A stretch of DNA of 64,000 bases from positions 13,741 through 77,740 of the forward strand of contig CALQTN020000010.1 in assembly GCA_943333505.2 (NCBI GenBank), read 5' to 3'. Below are positions 27,497 through 37,977 of the stretch, one piece after another. The notes under the pieces were generated by a model that was not told the origin of the DNA, searched no databases, and saw only the letters and a list, made by a program, of their open reading frames with translations. The stretch comes from Asaia bogorensis. Its GTDB lineage: Bacteria; Pseudomonadota; Alphaproteobacteria; Acetobacterales; Acetobacteraceae. Each line of letters starts with the position of its first letter. Position 1 is the first letter of the stretch. Position numbers and translations under genes: made by a program.

Positions 27497-27526
27497 CGTT
27501 GACAAGGCCAATAGGCCTCGTCAACG
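27497..27526. promoter_or_regulatory. 13-bp-arm inverted repeat (intra-operon hairpin or operator)
   Basis: cgttgacaaggcc-aata-ggcctcgtcaacg, 12/13 complementary. Lies 10 nt after the DMFase-like stop and 24 nt before the ligase ATG. No U-run follows. Confidence 0.35.
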
Positions 27527-27549
27527 TCGATCCGGGATTAGGGGGTATC

Positions 27550-29043
27550 ATGCCGGGACTGCCAGTATCGTTCGGGCGCAGGATTGCCGATCTCGCCGCG
27601 CTGCACGCGGACAAGACCGCGATTGTTTTTGCACGCCAGGATGGCGGCACCGATACGCTGTCTTGGACCGGGCTTGATCGCTGGGCCAATCGACTGGCGC
27701 GGCTGATGACGGCTGCGGGCGTCGGGCCCGAGACGATGGTCTGCATCGGGCTTTACAACAGCCTGGAACACTATGTCGCCAGCATTGCCGCCTGGCGTTG
27801 CGGCGCCTGCGTGCTGCCGATCAGCCCGCGCATGCCGGACCATGAATTTGCCGGCATTATCGGCCTGCTCGACCACAAATACGTGATTTCCGAACGTAGC
27901 GACGCCGATCTTGCCAAGGCGGCGGTCACGGCTTTGCGCGATGGTCTGGAATGGTCGGGGGCCGATCTGGCGGATGTCACCGCCCATCCTGGCAAAGCCA
28001 TTGGCTCAGGTGGGTCGACCGGCCGGTCGAAGATCATCGTCGATCCGAAACCTTGGGCACGTCTGCCAGGGGCGACCACCGAGCTGGCCGGAGTCGGGTT
28101 CCGTGCCGGCGATGTTCAACTGGTCGCGGGGACACTTTATCATAATTCGCCGTTCAGCTGGTCGCATTACGGATTGTTCGACGACCACACGCTGGTGGTG
28201 ATGGAGCGCTTCGATGCGGCCCGCGCGGTGGACCTCATCGAACAGCATCGCTGCGCCTTCATGTTCTTTCCCCCGATCATGCTGTTGCGTATCAGCCGCC
28301 TGCCCGACCTTGCCGCGCGGGATTTATCGTCGATCCATATGATCCTGCAGACTGCGGCGGCCTGTCCGGTCTGGCTCAAGCAATTCTGGATCGATCGCAT
28401 TGGCCCGGACCATATGGTCGAGGCCTATGGCAGCAGCGAGGCGATCGGGTCGACCCAGATGGGTGGGCGCGAATGGCTCGCCCATCCCGGCAGTGTCGGC
28501 AAGCCCAACCCGGCGAGTTGCACGATGAAAATCCTCGATCCGGACTTCCATGAAGTGCCGGCAGGCACCGTTGGCGAAATCTTTTTTCGTCCGATCCGCC
28601 ACCCCGAGCCGACCTATCGCTATATCGGTTCGCCGCCCGTCAGGTCGCGGCCTGATGGGTACGCAAGCGTCGGCGACCTCGGCTATGTCGACGCCGCGGG
28701 CTATTTGTTCATTATCAATCGGCGGGTCGACATGATCGTCAGCGGAGGTGCGAATGTGTTCCCGGCCGAAATCGAGGCGGCGTTGACCGAGCATCCCGCG
28801 GTCGCGGATGCGGCGGTGATCGGCTTGCCGGACGACGAATGGGGCCGACGGGTGCATGCGGTGATCGAGGCCGCGCAGCCTGACAGCATCCCGAGCGAAG
28901 CCGACCTCACCGACTGGCTACGCCTGCGGTTGACGTCGTATAAGCTGCCGAAAAGCTATGAATTCATTCCAGCCCTGCCGCGCGACCCATCCGGGAAAAT
29001 TCGTCGCAGTGCGCTGGTCACCGAACGGGAAGTGCAAGCGTGA
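27550..29043 (+). CDS. AMP-dependent synthetase/ligase (acyl-CoA synthetase-like adenylating enzyme)
   Basis: AMP-binding motif IGSGGSTGRSKII, later GDLGYVDAAGYLFIINRRVDMIVSGGANV and C-terminal PSGKIRR. Confidence 0.85.
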   Translation: MPGLPVSFGRRIADLAALHADKTAIVFARQDGGTDTLSWTGLDRWANRLARLMTAAGVGPETMVCIGLYNSLEHYVASIAAWRCGACVLPISPRMPDHEFAGIIGLLDHKYVISERSDADLAKAAVTALRDGLEWSGADLADVTAHPGKAIGSGGSTGRSKIIVDPKPWARLPGATTELAGVGFRAGDVQLVAGTLYHNSPFSWSHYGLFDDHTLVVMERFDAARAVDLIEQHRCAFMFFPPIMLLRISRLPDLAARDLSSIHMILQTAAACPVWLKQFWIDRIGPDHMVEAYGSSEAIGSTQMGGREWLAHPGSVGKPNPASCTMKILDPDFHEVPAGTVGEIFFRPIRHPEPTYRYIGSPPVRSRPDGYASVGDLGYVDAAGYLFIINRRVDMIVSGGANVFPAEIEAALTEHPAVADAAVIGLPDDEWGRRVHAVIEAAQPDSIPSEADLTDWLRLRLTSYKLPKSYEFIPALPRDPSGKIRRSALVTEREVQA

Positions 29044-29064
29044 TCGACGATCTCGGACGCCCAA

Positions 29065-30009
29065 ATGTATAGAGGCATCCTCACCCGGCTCGCTCAGGCC
29101 GTGCCGGTGCTGCTGATCTTCGCGGTGCTGGTGTTCATGCTGATGCATCTGCTGCCGGGCGATCCGGCGGTGGCCATCGCCGGCACCGATGCGTCGCGTG
29201 AGGCAATCGACGCAATCCGCGACCAGCTTGGCCTCAACCGACCGATCCTGGTGCAGTTGCTGTCATGGTTCGCCCAGATCGCGCAGGGCGATTTTGGTCG
29301 GTCGATTGTGCTGAACCAGTCCGTGGTCAGCGCTGTGGCCGAACGCCTGCCGGTGACATTGTCGCTGTCGATGCTGTCGTTGCTGATTACGTTGCCGGTT
29401 GGCATTTTGCTTGGGGTGGTGGCAGCTTACTGGCGCAACAGCTGGATTGATTCGGCCGTGATGCTGACCGCCCTGCTTGGCGTGTCACTGCCAGGATTTT
29501 GGGTGGGGATTCTTTCGGTGCTTCTGTTCAGCGTCAATCTCGGCTGGTTCCCGCCATCGGGCTATGTGCCGATGGGGCAAGGATTATGGCCTTGGCTGTC
29601 ATCGCTGATCCAGCCGGCGGTGGTGCTGGCGCTGTTCCAGATCGGCTTCCTGGCGCGGATCACCCGATCAGCGATGCTCGATGTGATGGACCAGGATTTT
29701 ATCCGCACCGCCCGCGCCAAGGGCGTTGATGAATGGCACACCATCGCCAAACACGCCTTCCGCAACACGCTGATCCCGGTGGTGACGGTACTGGGTATCA
29801 CGGTTAGCCTGTTGATTGGCGGGGCGGTGGTGATCGAGCAGGTTTTCGCGTTGCCTGGTATCGGCCGGCTGATCGTGCAGGGCATCCTGGCGCGCGACTA
29901 TCCGCTGGTGCAGGGCACCATGCTGCTATTCGGCTTCGCCTTCGTGCTGATCAATATCCTAGTCGATATCATTTACACCTTTGTCGATCCACGGGTGCGC
30001 TATGGATGA
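29065..30009 (+). CDS. ABC transporter permease (DppB-like)
   Basis: 314 aa ending [13 protein letters not shown]. Multi-span. Confidence 0.8.
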   Translation: MYRGILTRLAQAVPVLLIFAVLVFMLMHLLPGDPAVAIAGTDASREAIDAIRDQLGLNRPILVQLLSWFAQIAQGDFGRSIVLNQSVVSAVAERLPVTLSLSMLSLLITLPVGILLGVVAAYWRNSWIDSAVMLTALLGVSLPGFWVGILSVLLFSVNLGWFPPSGYVPMGQGLWPWLSSLIQPAVVLALFQIGFLARITRSAMLDVMDQDFIRTARAKGVDEWHTIAKHAFRNTLIPVVTVLGITVSLLIGGAVVIEQVFALPGIGRLIVQGILARDYPLVQGTMLLFGFAFVLINILVDIIYTFVDPRVRYG

Positions 30010-30862
30010 CACCGTCGCCCCACGCCATCGCTTCCGGATCGTGCGCAAACTTGCCCGCCACCGGTCATTCAGCATCGGCTTTGTCATCATGGCGGTGATG
30101 CTGATCATCGCCATCGCCGCCCCTTATATTACTGGGCTGGACCCGACGGCGATGAAAATCCGCATGCGGTTTCGTCCGCCGCAAAGTGCCTATTGGTTCG
30201 GCACCGATCAGTTCGGCCGCGATCTGCTGACCCGGGTGTTGTATGGCGCGCGGATGTCGCTGTGGATCGCGCTCGCGGTCGCGTTGCTGTCGGGGGTTGT
30301 GGGCGCGCTAATCGGGGTGTTGAGCGCCCAGTTCCGCCGGCTTGATTCACTGCTGATGCGGATCATGGACGCGCTGATGGCAGCGCCGGCGATCATGCTG
30401 GCGATCGGGCTCGGCGCGGCTTTGGGGCCGCAGACCCATTCGGTGATCATCGCCCTCGCGGTCGCCTATATCCCGCGCACCGCGCGCATCGTGCGGGCGT
30501 CCGCGCTGGTGACGCGCGAACTTGAATTCATCGAGGCCGCCCGGGTCGCCGGCATATCGTCGCTGCGCATCATGCTGCGGCACTTGCTGCCGAATGCGAT
30601 GGGGCCGCTGCTGGTGCAGTCCACCTTCGTGTTCGCCTACGCCATTCTCGCCGAGGCGGCTTTGTCCTTCCTTGGTGTCGGGCCGCCGCCGCCGGCGCCA
30701 AGCTGGGGCAATATCATCGCCGAGGGCCGCGACTTCTCGGTCGAAGCCTGGTGGATCATGGTGTTCCCCGGTGCGGCAATCAGCCTCGCCGCATTGAGCA
30801 TGAACCTGGTGGGCGACGGGTTGCGCGATGTGCTCGACCCGCGGCTGAAGGTAGAAAGCTAA
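30002..30862 (+). CDS. ABC transporter permease (DppC-like)
   Basis: Multi-span. [24 protein letters not shown] loop. Start at ATG 30002 overlaps the upstream gene by 8 nt. Confidence 0.8.
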   Translation: MDDTVAPRHRFRIVRKLARHRSFSIGFVIMAVMLIIAIAAPYITGLDPTAMKIRMRFRPPQSAYWFGTDQFGRDLLTRVLYGARMSLWIALAVALLSGVVGALIGVLSAQFRRLDSLLMRIMDALMAAPAIMLAIGLGAALGPQTHSVIIALAVAYIPRTARIVRASALVTRELEFIEAARVAGISSLRIMLRHLLPNAMGPLLVQSTFVFAYAILAEAALSFLGVGPPPPAPSWGNIIAEGRDFSVEAWWIMVFPGAAISLAALSMNLVGDGLRDVLDPRLKVES

Positions 30863-31833
30863 TGACAACACCTTTGCTGGAGGTTTCCGACCTCACAGTT
30901 CGTTTCCGTACCGATACTGGCTGGATGACCGCGGTTGACAAGGTCAGCCTGCAAATCGCCCCAGGTGAGGCGCTGGGGATTGTCGGTGAAAGCGGCAGCG
31001 GGAAAAGCGTTACCGCATTGTCGATCCTGCGGCTGCACGCGATGGCCACCACGCGGCTGCCGACCGGGCGGATCATGTGGGGCGGGCGCGATCTGCTCGG
31101 GCTGTCGATGCGCGACATGCGGGCGATCCGCGGCCGCGACATCGCGATGATCTTTCAGGACCCGATGTCGTCGCTCAATCCGGTGCTGACCATCGCCGAC
31201 CAGATCGGCGAAACTTTGCGGCTGCATCAGGGGCTTGATGCCGCGGCAGCGCGCAGGCGGGCGATTGAACTCCTCGATCTGGTGCGCATCCCCGATGCCG
31301 CGCGCCGCGTCGATGAATATCCGCATCGCCTGTCGGGCGGGATGCGCCAGCGGGTGATGATCGCCATCGCCATTGCCTGCCGACCCAAATTGCTGATTGC
31401 GGACGAGCCTACGACCGCGCTCGATGTCACCATCCAGGCGCAGATCCTCGATCTGCTGCGCGATCTGCAAACCGAATTGGGCATGTCAGTGATCCTGATC
31501 ACCCATGACATGGGGGTGATCGCCGAATTCGCCCGGCGGGTGATGGTGATGTATGCCGGCCGCGTGGTGGAAGCAGCGCCAGTGGGCGGGTTGTTCGCGA
31601 CACCCTTGCATCCCTACACGGAAGGGCTGCTGGCCTCTATCCCCAAGCTCGATGTCGATGTCCGCCGCCTGCCATCCATTCCCGGATCGATCCCGGACCC
31701 GACTGCGGTAATCCAGGGCTGCCGGTTCGGGCCGCGCTGCCCGATCATCGAAGCCGGCTGCCGCGAGGACCCGCGATTATTGCCCGCCGGGCTGGAGCGC
31801 GAGGTTCGTTGCCCGCCGAGGATTGCCGCATGA
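30862..31833 (+). CDS. ABC transporter ATP-binding protein (DppD-like)
   Basis: [36 protein letters not shown]. Start [11 protein letters not shown] at 30862. Confidence 0.85.
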   Translation: MTTPLLEVSDLTVRFRTDTGWMTAVDKVSLQIAPGEALGIVGESGSGKSVTALSILRLHAMATTRLPTGRIMWGGRDLLGLSMRDMRAIRGRDIAMIFQDPMSSLNPVLTIADQIGETLRLHQGLDAAAARRRAIELLDLVRIPDAARRVDEYPHRLSGGMRQRVMIAIAIACRPKLLIADEPTTALDVTIQAQILDLLRDLQTELGMSVILITHDMGVIAEFARRVMVMYAGRVVEAAPVGGLFATPLHPYTEGLLASIPKLDVDVRRLPSIPGSIPDPTAVIQGCRFGPRCPIIEAGCREDPRLLPAGLEREVRCPPRIAA

Positions 31834-32804
31834 CCGCCCCCATCGTCAAAGTCCGTGATCTGGTGAAGGATTTCGTGGTCCCCGGTGGCCGCGCTGGTAC
31901 CAAGGCGGCGCTGCGTGCGGTGAACACGATCAGTTTCGACATCGCACTGGGCGAAACCCTTGGTCTGGTCGGCGAAAGCGGCTCGGGCAAATCCACCACC
32001 GGGCGATTGCTGGTCGGGCTGATCCCGGCGACGAGCGGCGAAATCGAATTATTCGGTGAGACCATCACCGGACCGGGCGGCGATAAACGGCTTGAGACCG
32101 TGCGGCGCAAGATGCAATTCGTCTTCCAGGACCCGCATGGCTCGCTCGATCCGCGCATGCGGGTTGGCGACTGTATTGCCGAGCCGCTGGATGGTGCGGG
32201 CGGATTTTCGCGGCGCGACCGGGCCGATCGGGTGGCGGAATTGCTCGAAACCGTCGGATTGCCGCGTGCGGTCGCGGACCGCTATCCGCATGAATTTTCC
32301 GGTGGGCAGCGCCAACGCATCGGCATTGCCCGGGCGCTGGCGTTGCGGCCGGAATTTTTGGTGTGCGACGAACCGGTTTCAGCACTCGATGTGTCGATGC
32401 AGGCGCAGATCATCAATCTGCTGCTCGATCTGCAGGATCGGTTTGGTCTGTCCTATTTGTTCATCGCCCATGACCTCGCCGTGGTGCGCAGTATCGCGGC
32501 CCATGTGGCGGTGATGTACGCCGGCGCCCTGGTCGAGCAGGCGCCCAAATCGGTGTTGTACTCGGCGCCGAAACATCCTTACACCCAGGCTTTGCTGGAC
32601 GCTGTGCCACGGCCGGAGCCAGACCGGGTCCGCGCGCCAGCGTTGGGCGGCGAAATCCCCAGCATTCTTAATCCGCCGCCGGGCTGCGCGTTCAGCCCGC
32701 GCTGTCCGCTGGTGATGGAGCGGTGTCGCAGTGAACGACCGATGCCCCGTGCCATTGACGCTGAGCATAGGGTCGCCTGCCATCTTTATGAAACGAAAGC
32801 TTGA
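31830..32804 (+). CDS. ABC transporter ATP-binding protein (DppF-like)
   Basis: [40 protein letters not shown] overlap with the upstream gene. Confidence 0.85.
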   Translation: MTAPIVKVRDLVKDFVVPGGRAGTKAALRAVNTISFDIALGETLGLVGESGSGKSTTGRLLVGLIPATSGEIELFGETITGPGGDKRLETVRRKMQFVFQDPHGSLDPRMRVGDCIAEPLDGAGGFSRRDRADRVAELLETVGLPRAVADRYPHEFSGGQRQRIGIARALALRPEFLVCDEPVSALDVSMQAQIINLLLDLQDRFGLSYLFIAHDLAVVRSIAAHVAVMYAGALVEQAPKSVLYSAPKHPYTQALLDAVPRPEPDRVRAPALGGEIPSILNPPPGCAFSPRCPLVMERCRSERPMPRAIDAEHRVACHLYETKA

Positions 32805-32830
32805 GCAAGTCGGGCTTCGCGCACATACGA

Positions 32831-33697
32831 ATGAATGAAAAGGACGTCGCGGTGACCGATATGGCACAGCCAACCAGCCAGACTATCAGCCTGAACGGCT
32901 TGGAAATGCGCTACCTTGACTGGGGCAATGCTGGCGCACCGCCATTGGTATGCGTGCACGGCTATACCGGAAGCGCCGAAGGCTTCAACGGCTTTGCCCG
33001 GCATTTCCGCGACCGCTTCCATATTGTGGCGCTCGATGTGCGCGGCCATGGCGACAGTGCGTGGTCACCGGACGGCGCCTACACCTATCGCGATCAGGCC
33101 AGCGATCTGGCGGCGTTCGTCGATCAGCTCGGGCTCGACACCTTTATCCTGGTCGGCACCTCGATGGGCGGGCTGATTGCGATGACCTATGCGATGGAGT
33201 ACAGCAAGCGCCTGAACGCGCTGGTGCTGAACGATATCGGGCCGGATTTCGAACCCGGCAACCAGCGGATTACGCAGATGGTTGGCAGCCGACCTGACGC
33301 ATTCGCAACCTTGGACGATGCGCTGGTCTATCGTCGCGAAAATTCGCCGATCACCGCCGCCCGCAGCGCCGCCGATCAGCGGGAACTGGCGCTCGGCGTG
33401 CTGCGGCAGCGCCCGGACGGCAAATGGGGTTGGAAAATGGACCCGGCCTATATCAGCCAGCGGATCGAGCGCGGCCCGCCCGCCCGCCCCAACCTGTGGC
33501 CGATGCTGGAGCAACTGGCGTGTCCGACGCTGGTGGTGTGGGGCACCGATAGTGATGTTCTGTCGGAGGCGCAGGCCGGGCGCATGGTCGAAACCCTGCC
33601 CAAGGGCGTGCTGCTGGCGGTTCCTGGCGTTGTGCATGCGCCGAGTTTGGTCGAGGCGGCGTCACTCAAAGGTCTGTCAGACTTCCTCCGCGGTTAG
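32831..33697 (+). CDS. Alpha/beta hydrolase fold protein
   Basis: HGYTGSAEGF oxyanion region, nucleophile elbow GTSMGG, C-terminal His in VVHAP. Start ambiguous (32801/32831/32861). Confidence 0.8.
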   Translation: MNEKDVAVTDMAQPTSQTISLNGLEMRYLDWGNAGAPPLVCVHGYTGSAEGFNGFARHFRDRFHIVALDVRGHGDSAWSPDGAYTYRDQASDLAAFVDQLGLDTFILVGTSMGGLIAMTYAMEYSKRLNALVLNDIGPDFEPGNQRITQMVGSRPDAFATLDDALVYRRENSPITAARSAADQRELALGVLRQRPDGKWGWKMDPAYISQRIERGPPARPNLWPMLEQLACPTLVVWGTDSDVLSEAQAGRMVETLPKGVLLAVPGVVHAPSLVEAASLKGLSDFLRG

Positions 33698-33706
33698 GCG
33701 CATCCA

Positions 33707-33735
33707 CCCCCCGCACCGCTGGCGCGGGGGGCTTT
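33707..33735. terminator. GC-rich hairpin between convergent genes (putative bidirectional terminator)
   Basis: ccccccgcacc-gct-ggcgcgggggg (10/11 paired) followed by cttt. Located between stops at 33697 (+) and 33746 (-). Confidence 0.45.
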
Positions 33736-33745
33736 GGCGAGGCGC

Positions 33746-35311
33746 CTATTCGACCCACATATCCCAATGCCGCATCGCGTACCACGGCTTCCAGCCTTTA
33801 ACCTTGTTGACGCGATAGGCAAACACGCCGCCCGCGTCGGCAAGCTTGATCAGATAGGCCTTGTCGCGAATGCCGGTTTCGGCTGCCAGCCAGGCGGCCT
33901 TGCGGTCGTTCTGGTCGAGCGAGGTGAAGAACGCGCCGTAAGGGGTATCGACGTCCTTGTCGCCGGCTTTGTCGAGTGCGGTGTGGTTATAGATCAGCGC
34001 CCGCCATTGTTGCGGCCCGAGCAGCGGTTGGGAACAATAGCCGGTGGTGGAAATGTTCCAGCCGGGTTCCTGGCGCTGCATGCGTGACGCGTTGGTGATC
34101 CAGTCGGTCACCTGCATCTCGACGTTCATGCCGACGGCTTTGAGCTGCTGTTCCAGCACCAGCATCTGGCTGCGCATATAGGCGTAGTTGGAATTGGTCA
34201 GAATGACGATTTTTTCGCCCTTGTAGCCCGCCTGCTGGAGCAGTTGTTTGGCGCGCGTCGGGTTTTTCTGGTTGTAGTACTTCTCCATCTGCGACCCGGT
34301 ATAGTACGGGCTGTCGGTATAGAGCAGCGAGGCATTCATCTTATAGACCTGCCCTGACGCCTCGGCGAGTTCCTCGACATCGACCGCCGCCTGCACCGCC
34401 TGACGGATCAGCGCATTATTGGTCGGCGCGTTCTGCGACATCATCACCAGCGCATTCATGCAGCCGGGGAAGACTTTCTCGACCACGATGTCCGACCGGT
34501 TAGCGAGGCGTGGCATCAGATCCGGGGCGATCGGGGCGATATCGGCAGCACCGGATTGCAGGGCCGCGACCCGGGTGCTGACCTCGGGGATGAAGTTATA
34601 GCGCACGCTGTCGACATGCACTGTCTTGCGGCCGGCAAATCCATCCGGACCGGCGGCGCTTTCATCGGCCGAATAGCCGTCGAAGCGACGCATCACCAGA
34701 TGGCTGTCCTTGACCCATTCGCCCAGGCGGAACGGTCCGGTGCCGATGGTTTCGATCTCACGCGGGCCTTTTGCGGCTTCTTCGGACGGGATGATCGACA
34801 TCGGGTAGCACGGCGTTTTCATCACATCGAGAAACACCGCCGACGGGTTCTTGAGGTTGATGACCACGGTGTAAGGATCGGGCGCGTCAAAGCTGCTGAC
34901 GTCGGCCAAAGCCGGGGCGTTCGGGCTGATCTTGGCGTAGCGCTGCAAGGTAGCCACGACGTCGACCGAGGTCATTTCCTTGCCATTATGGAACTTCACG
35001 CCGCTGCGCAACGTGAAGGTAAAGCGTTTTCCGGTGGGATCGACATCAACCTTGCTCGCCAGCATCGGTTTGGCGCGATAGGAATCGTCCATCATCACCA
35101 GGCTTTCCAGCATGTGCATTGCCGGTTCAAGCTCGACCGTCGTGCAGAACATCGCCGGGTCGAAGTGACCAGGACCGGCGATGTTGGCGAAAACGATGCT
35201 GCCGCCCTTTTTCGCCTGCGGATTGACGGTCTGTGCGGTGGCCGGCCCCGCGGCTGCGACCGCAATCGCCGCGACGCTTAGAACATGCCAGATGGTTGGT
35301 GTAAGCTTCAT
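33746..35311 (-). CDS. ABC transporter substrate-binding protein, family 5
   Basis: Signal peptide MKLTPTIWHVLSVAAIAVAAAGPATAQ. 521 aa. Start at Met33 of the supplied ORF. Confidence 0.85.
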   Translation of the reverse strand: MKLTPTIWHVLSVAAIAVAAAGPATAQTVNPQAKKGGSIVFANIAGPGHFDPAMFCTTVELEPAMHMLESLVMMDDSYRAKPMLASKVDVDPTGKRFTFTLRSGVKFHNGKEMTSVDVVATLQRYAKISPNAPALADVSSFDAPDPYTVVINLKNPSAVFLDVMKTPCYPMSIIPSEEAAKGPREIETIGTGPFRLGEWVKDSHLVMRRFDGYSADESAAGPDGFAGRKTVHVDSVRYNFIPEVSTRVAALQSGAADIAPIAPDLMPRLANRSDIVVEKVFPGCMNALVMMSQNAPTNNALIRQAVQAAVDVEELAEASGQVYKMNASLLYTDSPYYTGSQMEKYYNQKNPTRAKQLLQQAGYKGEKIVILTNSNYAYMRSQMLVLEQQLKAVGMNVEMQVTDWITNASRMQRQEPGWNISTTGYCSQPLLGPQQWRALIYNHTALDKAGDKDVDTPYGAFFTSLDQNDRKAAWLAAETGIRDKAYLIKLADAGGVFAYRVNKVKGWKPWYAMRHWDMWVE

Positions 35312-35499
35312 GTTGATTTCTCCCTGGCCCAGGCGCGGGCCCTTGATTTTAGGGACTGTAGGGCGGAAATATTCGGCTTGGGAATAGAAATCTCGATCAA
35401 TGCACACCCCGCTCGCGGGAAGCCGCCAACCACGCGCGAATTTGCGTGTATTGACGGCCCTATCCCCCGCCGCTAGGACTTATGACGCCGGTCCGCCGG

Positions 35500-35577
35500 C
35501 CCTCGTGATTTGTCCGGCCGGATTGCGGCGAGGTGAAATAAGCGCGCTAAAGAGGCCAGCGGACAGTCATGTCCGCT
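35500..35577 (+). promoter_or_regulatory. Candidate SAM-II (SAM-alpha) riboswitch in the metZ leader, with adjacent 7-bp hairpin
   Basis: ccctCGTGATTTGtccGGCCGGATTGCGGCgaggtgaaataaGCGCGCTAAAGAGGCC resembles the GUGAUUUG...GGCUUGC...CGCUAAAG core I recall for alphaproteobacterial metA/metZ leaders. Hairpin gcggaca-gtca-tgtccgc at 35559-35576. Confidence 0.5.
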
Positions 35578-35615
35578 GCATCTGAGGGTCGGCCCATCTT
35601 AGTACAGGGCCAAAC

Positions 35616-36812
35616 ATGATGACCAAATCTCCCAAAGCATACCGTCCCGCCACCATTCTTGTCCAAGGCGGCGTTGATCGATCGCCGCATGGCGAAACTG
35701 CCGAAGCGCTCTATTTGACCTCCGGGTTTGTCTATGACAGCGCAGAACAGGCCGAGGCGTCGTTTAAGAACGAGGTCTTCCATTACCAATATTCCCGCTT
35801 CGGCAACCCGACGGTTTCGATGTTCGAAAATCGCCTGGCGATGCTGGAAGGTGCCGAAGCCTGTCGGGCCACCGCGACCGGAATGGCGGCGGTGCATGCG
35901 GCGTTGCTGTCGCATCTGAAAACCGGCGATCGGGTAGTGGCGTCGCGGGCATTGTTCGGGTCGTGCCACTGGATCGTCTCGACCTTGCTGCCGCGCTACG
36001 GGGTGACGACCGAGTTCGTCGATGGCGGCGATCTGGCGCAATGGCGCACCGCGCTGGCAACCCCGGCGACGTTGGTACTGCTTGAATCGCCATCCAACCC
36101 AATGCTCGAAATCGTTGATCTGCAGGCAGTCGCTGATCTGGCGCATGCGGCGGGCGCGATTGTGGTGGTTGATAACGTCTTCGCGACCCCCTTGCTGCAA
36201 AAGCCGCTGCAACTCGGCGCCGATGTGGTGGTCTATTCCTGCACCAAGCATATCGACGGACAAGGCCGCATGCTGGGCGGCGCAGTGCTGGGCACCCAGA
36301 AATGGGTTGATGATGTGTTGCAGCCCTTCATCCGCAACACCGGCCCGTCGATGTCGGCGTTCAATGCCTGGGTGATGCTGAAGGGCCTGGAAACCCTGGC
36401 GCTGCGCATCGATGCCGGCTGTCGGGCGGCCGAACATGTCGCCAATTTCCTCGCCGGGCAAAACGGCATCTCCCGGGTTTGGTACCCGACCCGCGCCGAC
36501 CATCCGCAGCAAAAACTCGCCATGCAGCAAATGACCGGCGGCGGCACGCTGGTGACGTTCGAGGTTGCCGGTGGCAAGGACGCCGCCTTCAAACTGATGA
36601 ATGCGTTTGGGCTGATCAAGGTGTCGAATAATCTTGGCGACAGCAAATCGCTGGCCACCCATCCCGCCACGACGACCCATATGCGCATCGGCGCCGAGGA
36701 ACGCGCCAAGCTTGGCATCACCGACGGCGTCATCCGTTTGTCTGTCGGATTGGAAGATGTCGCCGACATCACCGATGATCTGCTACAAGCGATCGCAATC
36801 ATGCGGGGATGA
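35616..36812 (+). CDS. metZ: O-succinylhomoserine sulfhydrylase (Cys/Met-metabolism PLP enzyme)
   Basis: YSRFGNPTV, PLP Lys in YSCTKHIDGQG. 398 aa. Followed by apaG as in many alphaproteobacteria. Confidence 0.85.
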   Translation: MMTKSPKAYRPATILVQGGVDRSPHGETAEALYLTSGFVYDSAEQAEASFKNEVFHYQYSRFGNPTVSMFENRLAMLEGAEACRATATGMAAVHAALLSHLKTGDRVVASRALFGSCHWIVSTLLPRYGVTTEFVDGGDLAQWRTALATPATLVLLESPSNPMLEIVDLQAVADLAHAAGAIVVVDNVFATPLLQKPLQLGADVVVYSCTKHIDGQGRMLGGAVLGTQKWVDDVLQPFIRNTGPSMSAFNAWVMLKGLETLALRIDAGCRAAEHVANFLAGQNGISRVWYPTRADHPQQKLAMQQMTGGGTLVTFEVAGGKDAAFKLMNAFGLIKVSNNLGDSKSLATHPATTTHMRIGAEERAKLGITDGVIRLSVGLEDVADITDDLLQAIAIMRG

Positions 36813-36829
36813 TCTCGCGAGGAGCGGTA

Positions 36830-37231
36830 ATGAGCGACTACACGGCAACAACCCAAGGCGTGAAGGTCAGCGTGCGGTCCTTCTTCCTGGCCGACAAGTC
36901 CAACCCGGATGAAAGCGAGTTCTTCTGGGCTTACAGGATTCGCATTGAAAACCAGGGTGATGAACCGGTCCAGGTGCTGAAACGCACCTGGCACATCACC
37001 GATGCCCAAGGCCGCACCCAATCGGTGCATGGCGATGGCGTGATCGGGGAAACTCCGGTGATCGATCCGGGCAAGACCTTCGAATACACCTCGGGCACCC
37101 CGCTGACCACGCCGTCGGGCTTCATGCGGGGGATGTATCACGCGGTGGTAGTGCCGACCGGCGAGAAACTGGACCTGACCATTCCTGCCTTCAGCCTTGA
37201 TAGCCCGCATCAGGATCACCGGGTTCACTAA
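36830..37231 (+). CDS. apaG: ApaG protein
   Basis: FFWAYRIRIENQGDEPVQVLKRTWHITDAQGRTQSVHGDGVIGETPVIDPGKTFEYTSG is the ApaG/DUF525 signature. Confidence 0.9.
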   Translation: MSDYTATTQGVKVSVRSFFLADKSNPDESEFFWAYRIRIENQGDEPVQVLKRTWHITDAQGRTQSVHGDGVIGETPVIDPGKTFEYTSGTPLTTPSGFMRGMYHAVVVPTGEKLDLTIPAFSLDSPHQDHRVH

Positions 37232-37878
37232 TGCAGCCGGCGGTCGCCGCGTTCCTGCTTGCCTTTCCCGCGCTGTTTTCGATCGTCAATCCACCAGGTG
37301 CCGCGTTCATTTTTAATGACGTTGCGGCGGGCTACAGCGCGGCCGACCGGATGCGCCTGGCCAATCGGGTCGGGCTTTATTCGCTGATCGTGATGTTGGG
37401 CGCGCTGTGGGGCGGCGCCTATGTGCTGAACTTCTTCGGCATTTCACTTGCGGCGCTGCGCATCGCCGGTGGGTCGGTGGTTGCGTTGCGCGCGTGGGAT
37501 TTGCTGTCAGCGCCGGAACGCCAGGAAGCCCGCAAGCAGGAGCAGGCGGAGAGTTCGCAGGGCCGGGTGGAGGATATCGCATTCTTCCCGTTGACCCTGC
37601 CGTTCACCACCGGGCCCGGCACCATCGCGGTCGCAGTCGCACTCGGGGCCGGGCGCCCGGAGGTGGGGCTGCTCGCATTCTTTCTCGGCATGTCGGCGGC
37701 TGCCGTCGCGATCGCGGCGATTGTCTGGCTGTGCTACCGGTCAGCAGACCGGATCGGCGGATTGATCGGGGCATCGGCCCGGCGCACCATCGCGCGGCTT
37801 TCGGCGTTTCTGCTGCTGTGCATCGGGGTCCAGATTATCATCACCGGTGTGATCGATGTGGCCGTCGGATTGCATTGA
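37231..37878 (+). CDS. MarC family (UPF0056) integral membrane protein
   Basis: FPALFSIVNPPGAAFIF N-terminal motif, 6 hydrophobic spans, 215 aa. Confidence 0.75.
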   Translation: MQPAVAAFLLAFPALFSIVNPPGAAFIFNDVAAGYSAADRMRLANRVGLYSLIVMLGALWGGAYVLNFFGISLAALRIAGGSVVALRAWDLLSAPERQEARKQEQAESSQGRVEDIAFFPLTLPFTTGPGTIAVAVALGAGRPEVGLLAFFLGMSAAAVAIAAIVWLCYRSADRIGGLIGASARRTIARLSAFLLLCIGVQIIITGVIDVAVGLH

Positions 37879-37977
37879 GGCGGATGCCGACCGGGCAGAC
37901 TCGAAACTTTTTTGATACTAGATGCCGCTTATGCCATGCATTATTAGGACTATATTAATGTTTTGGGTAGGTGGTGC

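Noticed and set aside
35547-36680. 377-aa minus-strand ORF
   Set aside because: It is antisense to metZ, whose PLP-enzyme motifs are clear. It would also run through the candidate riboswitch.
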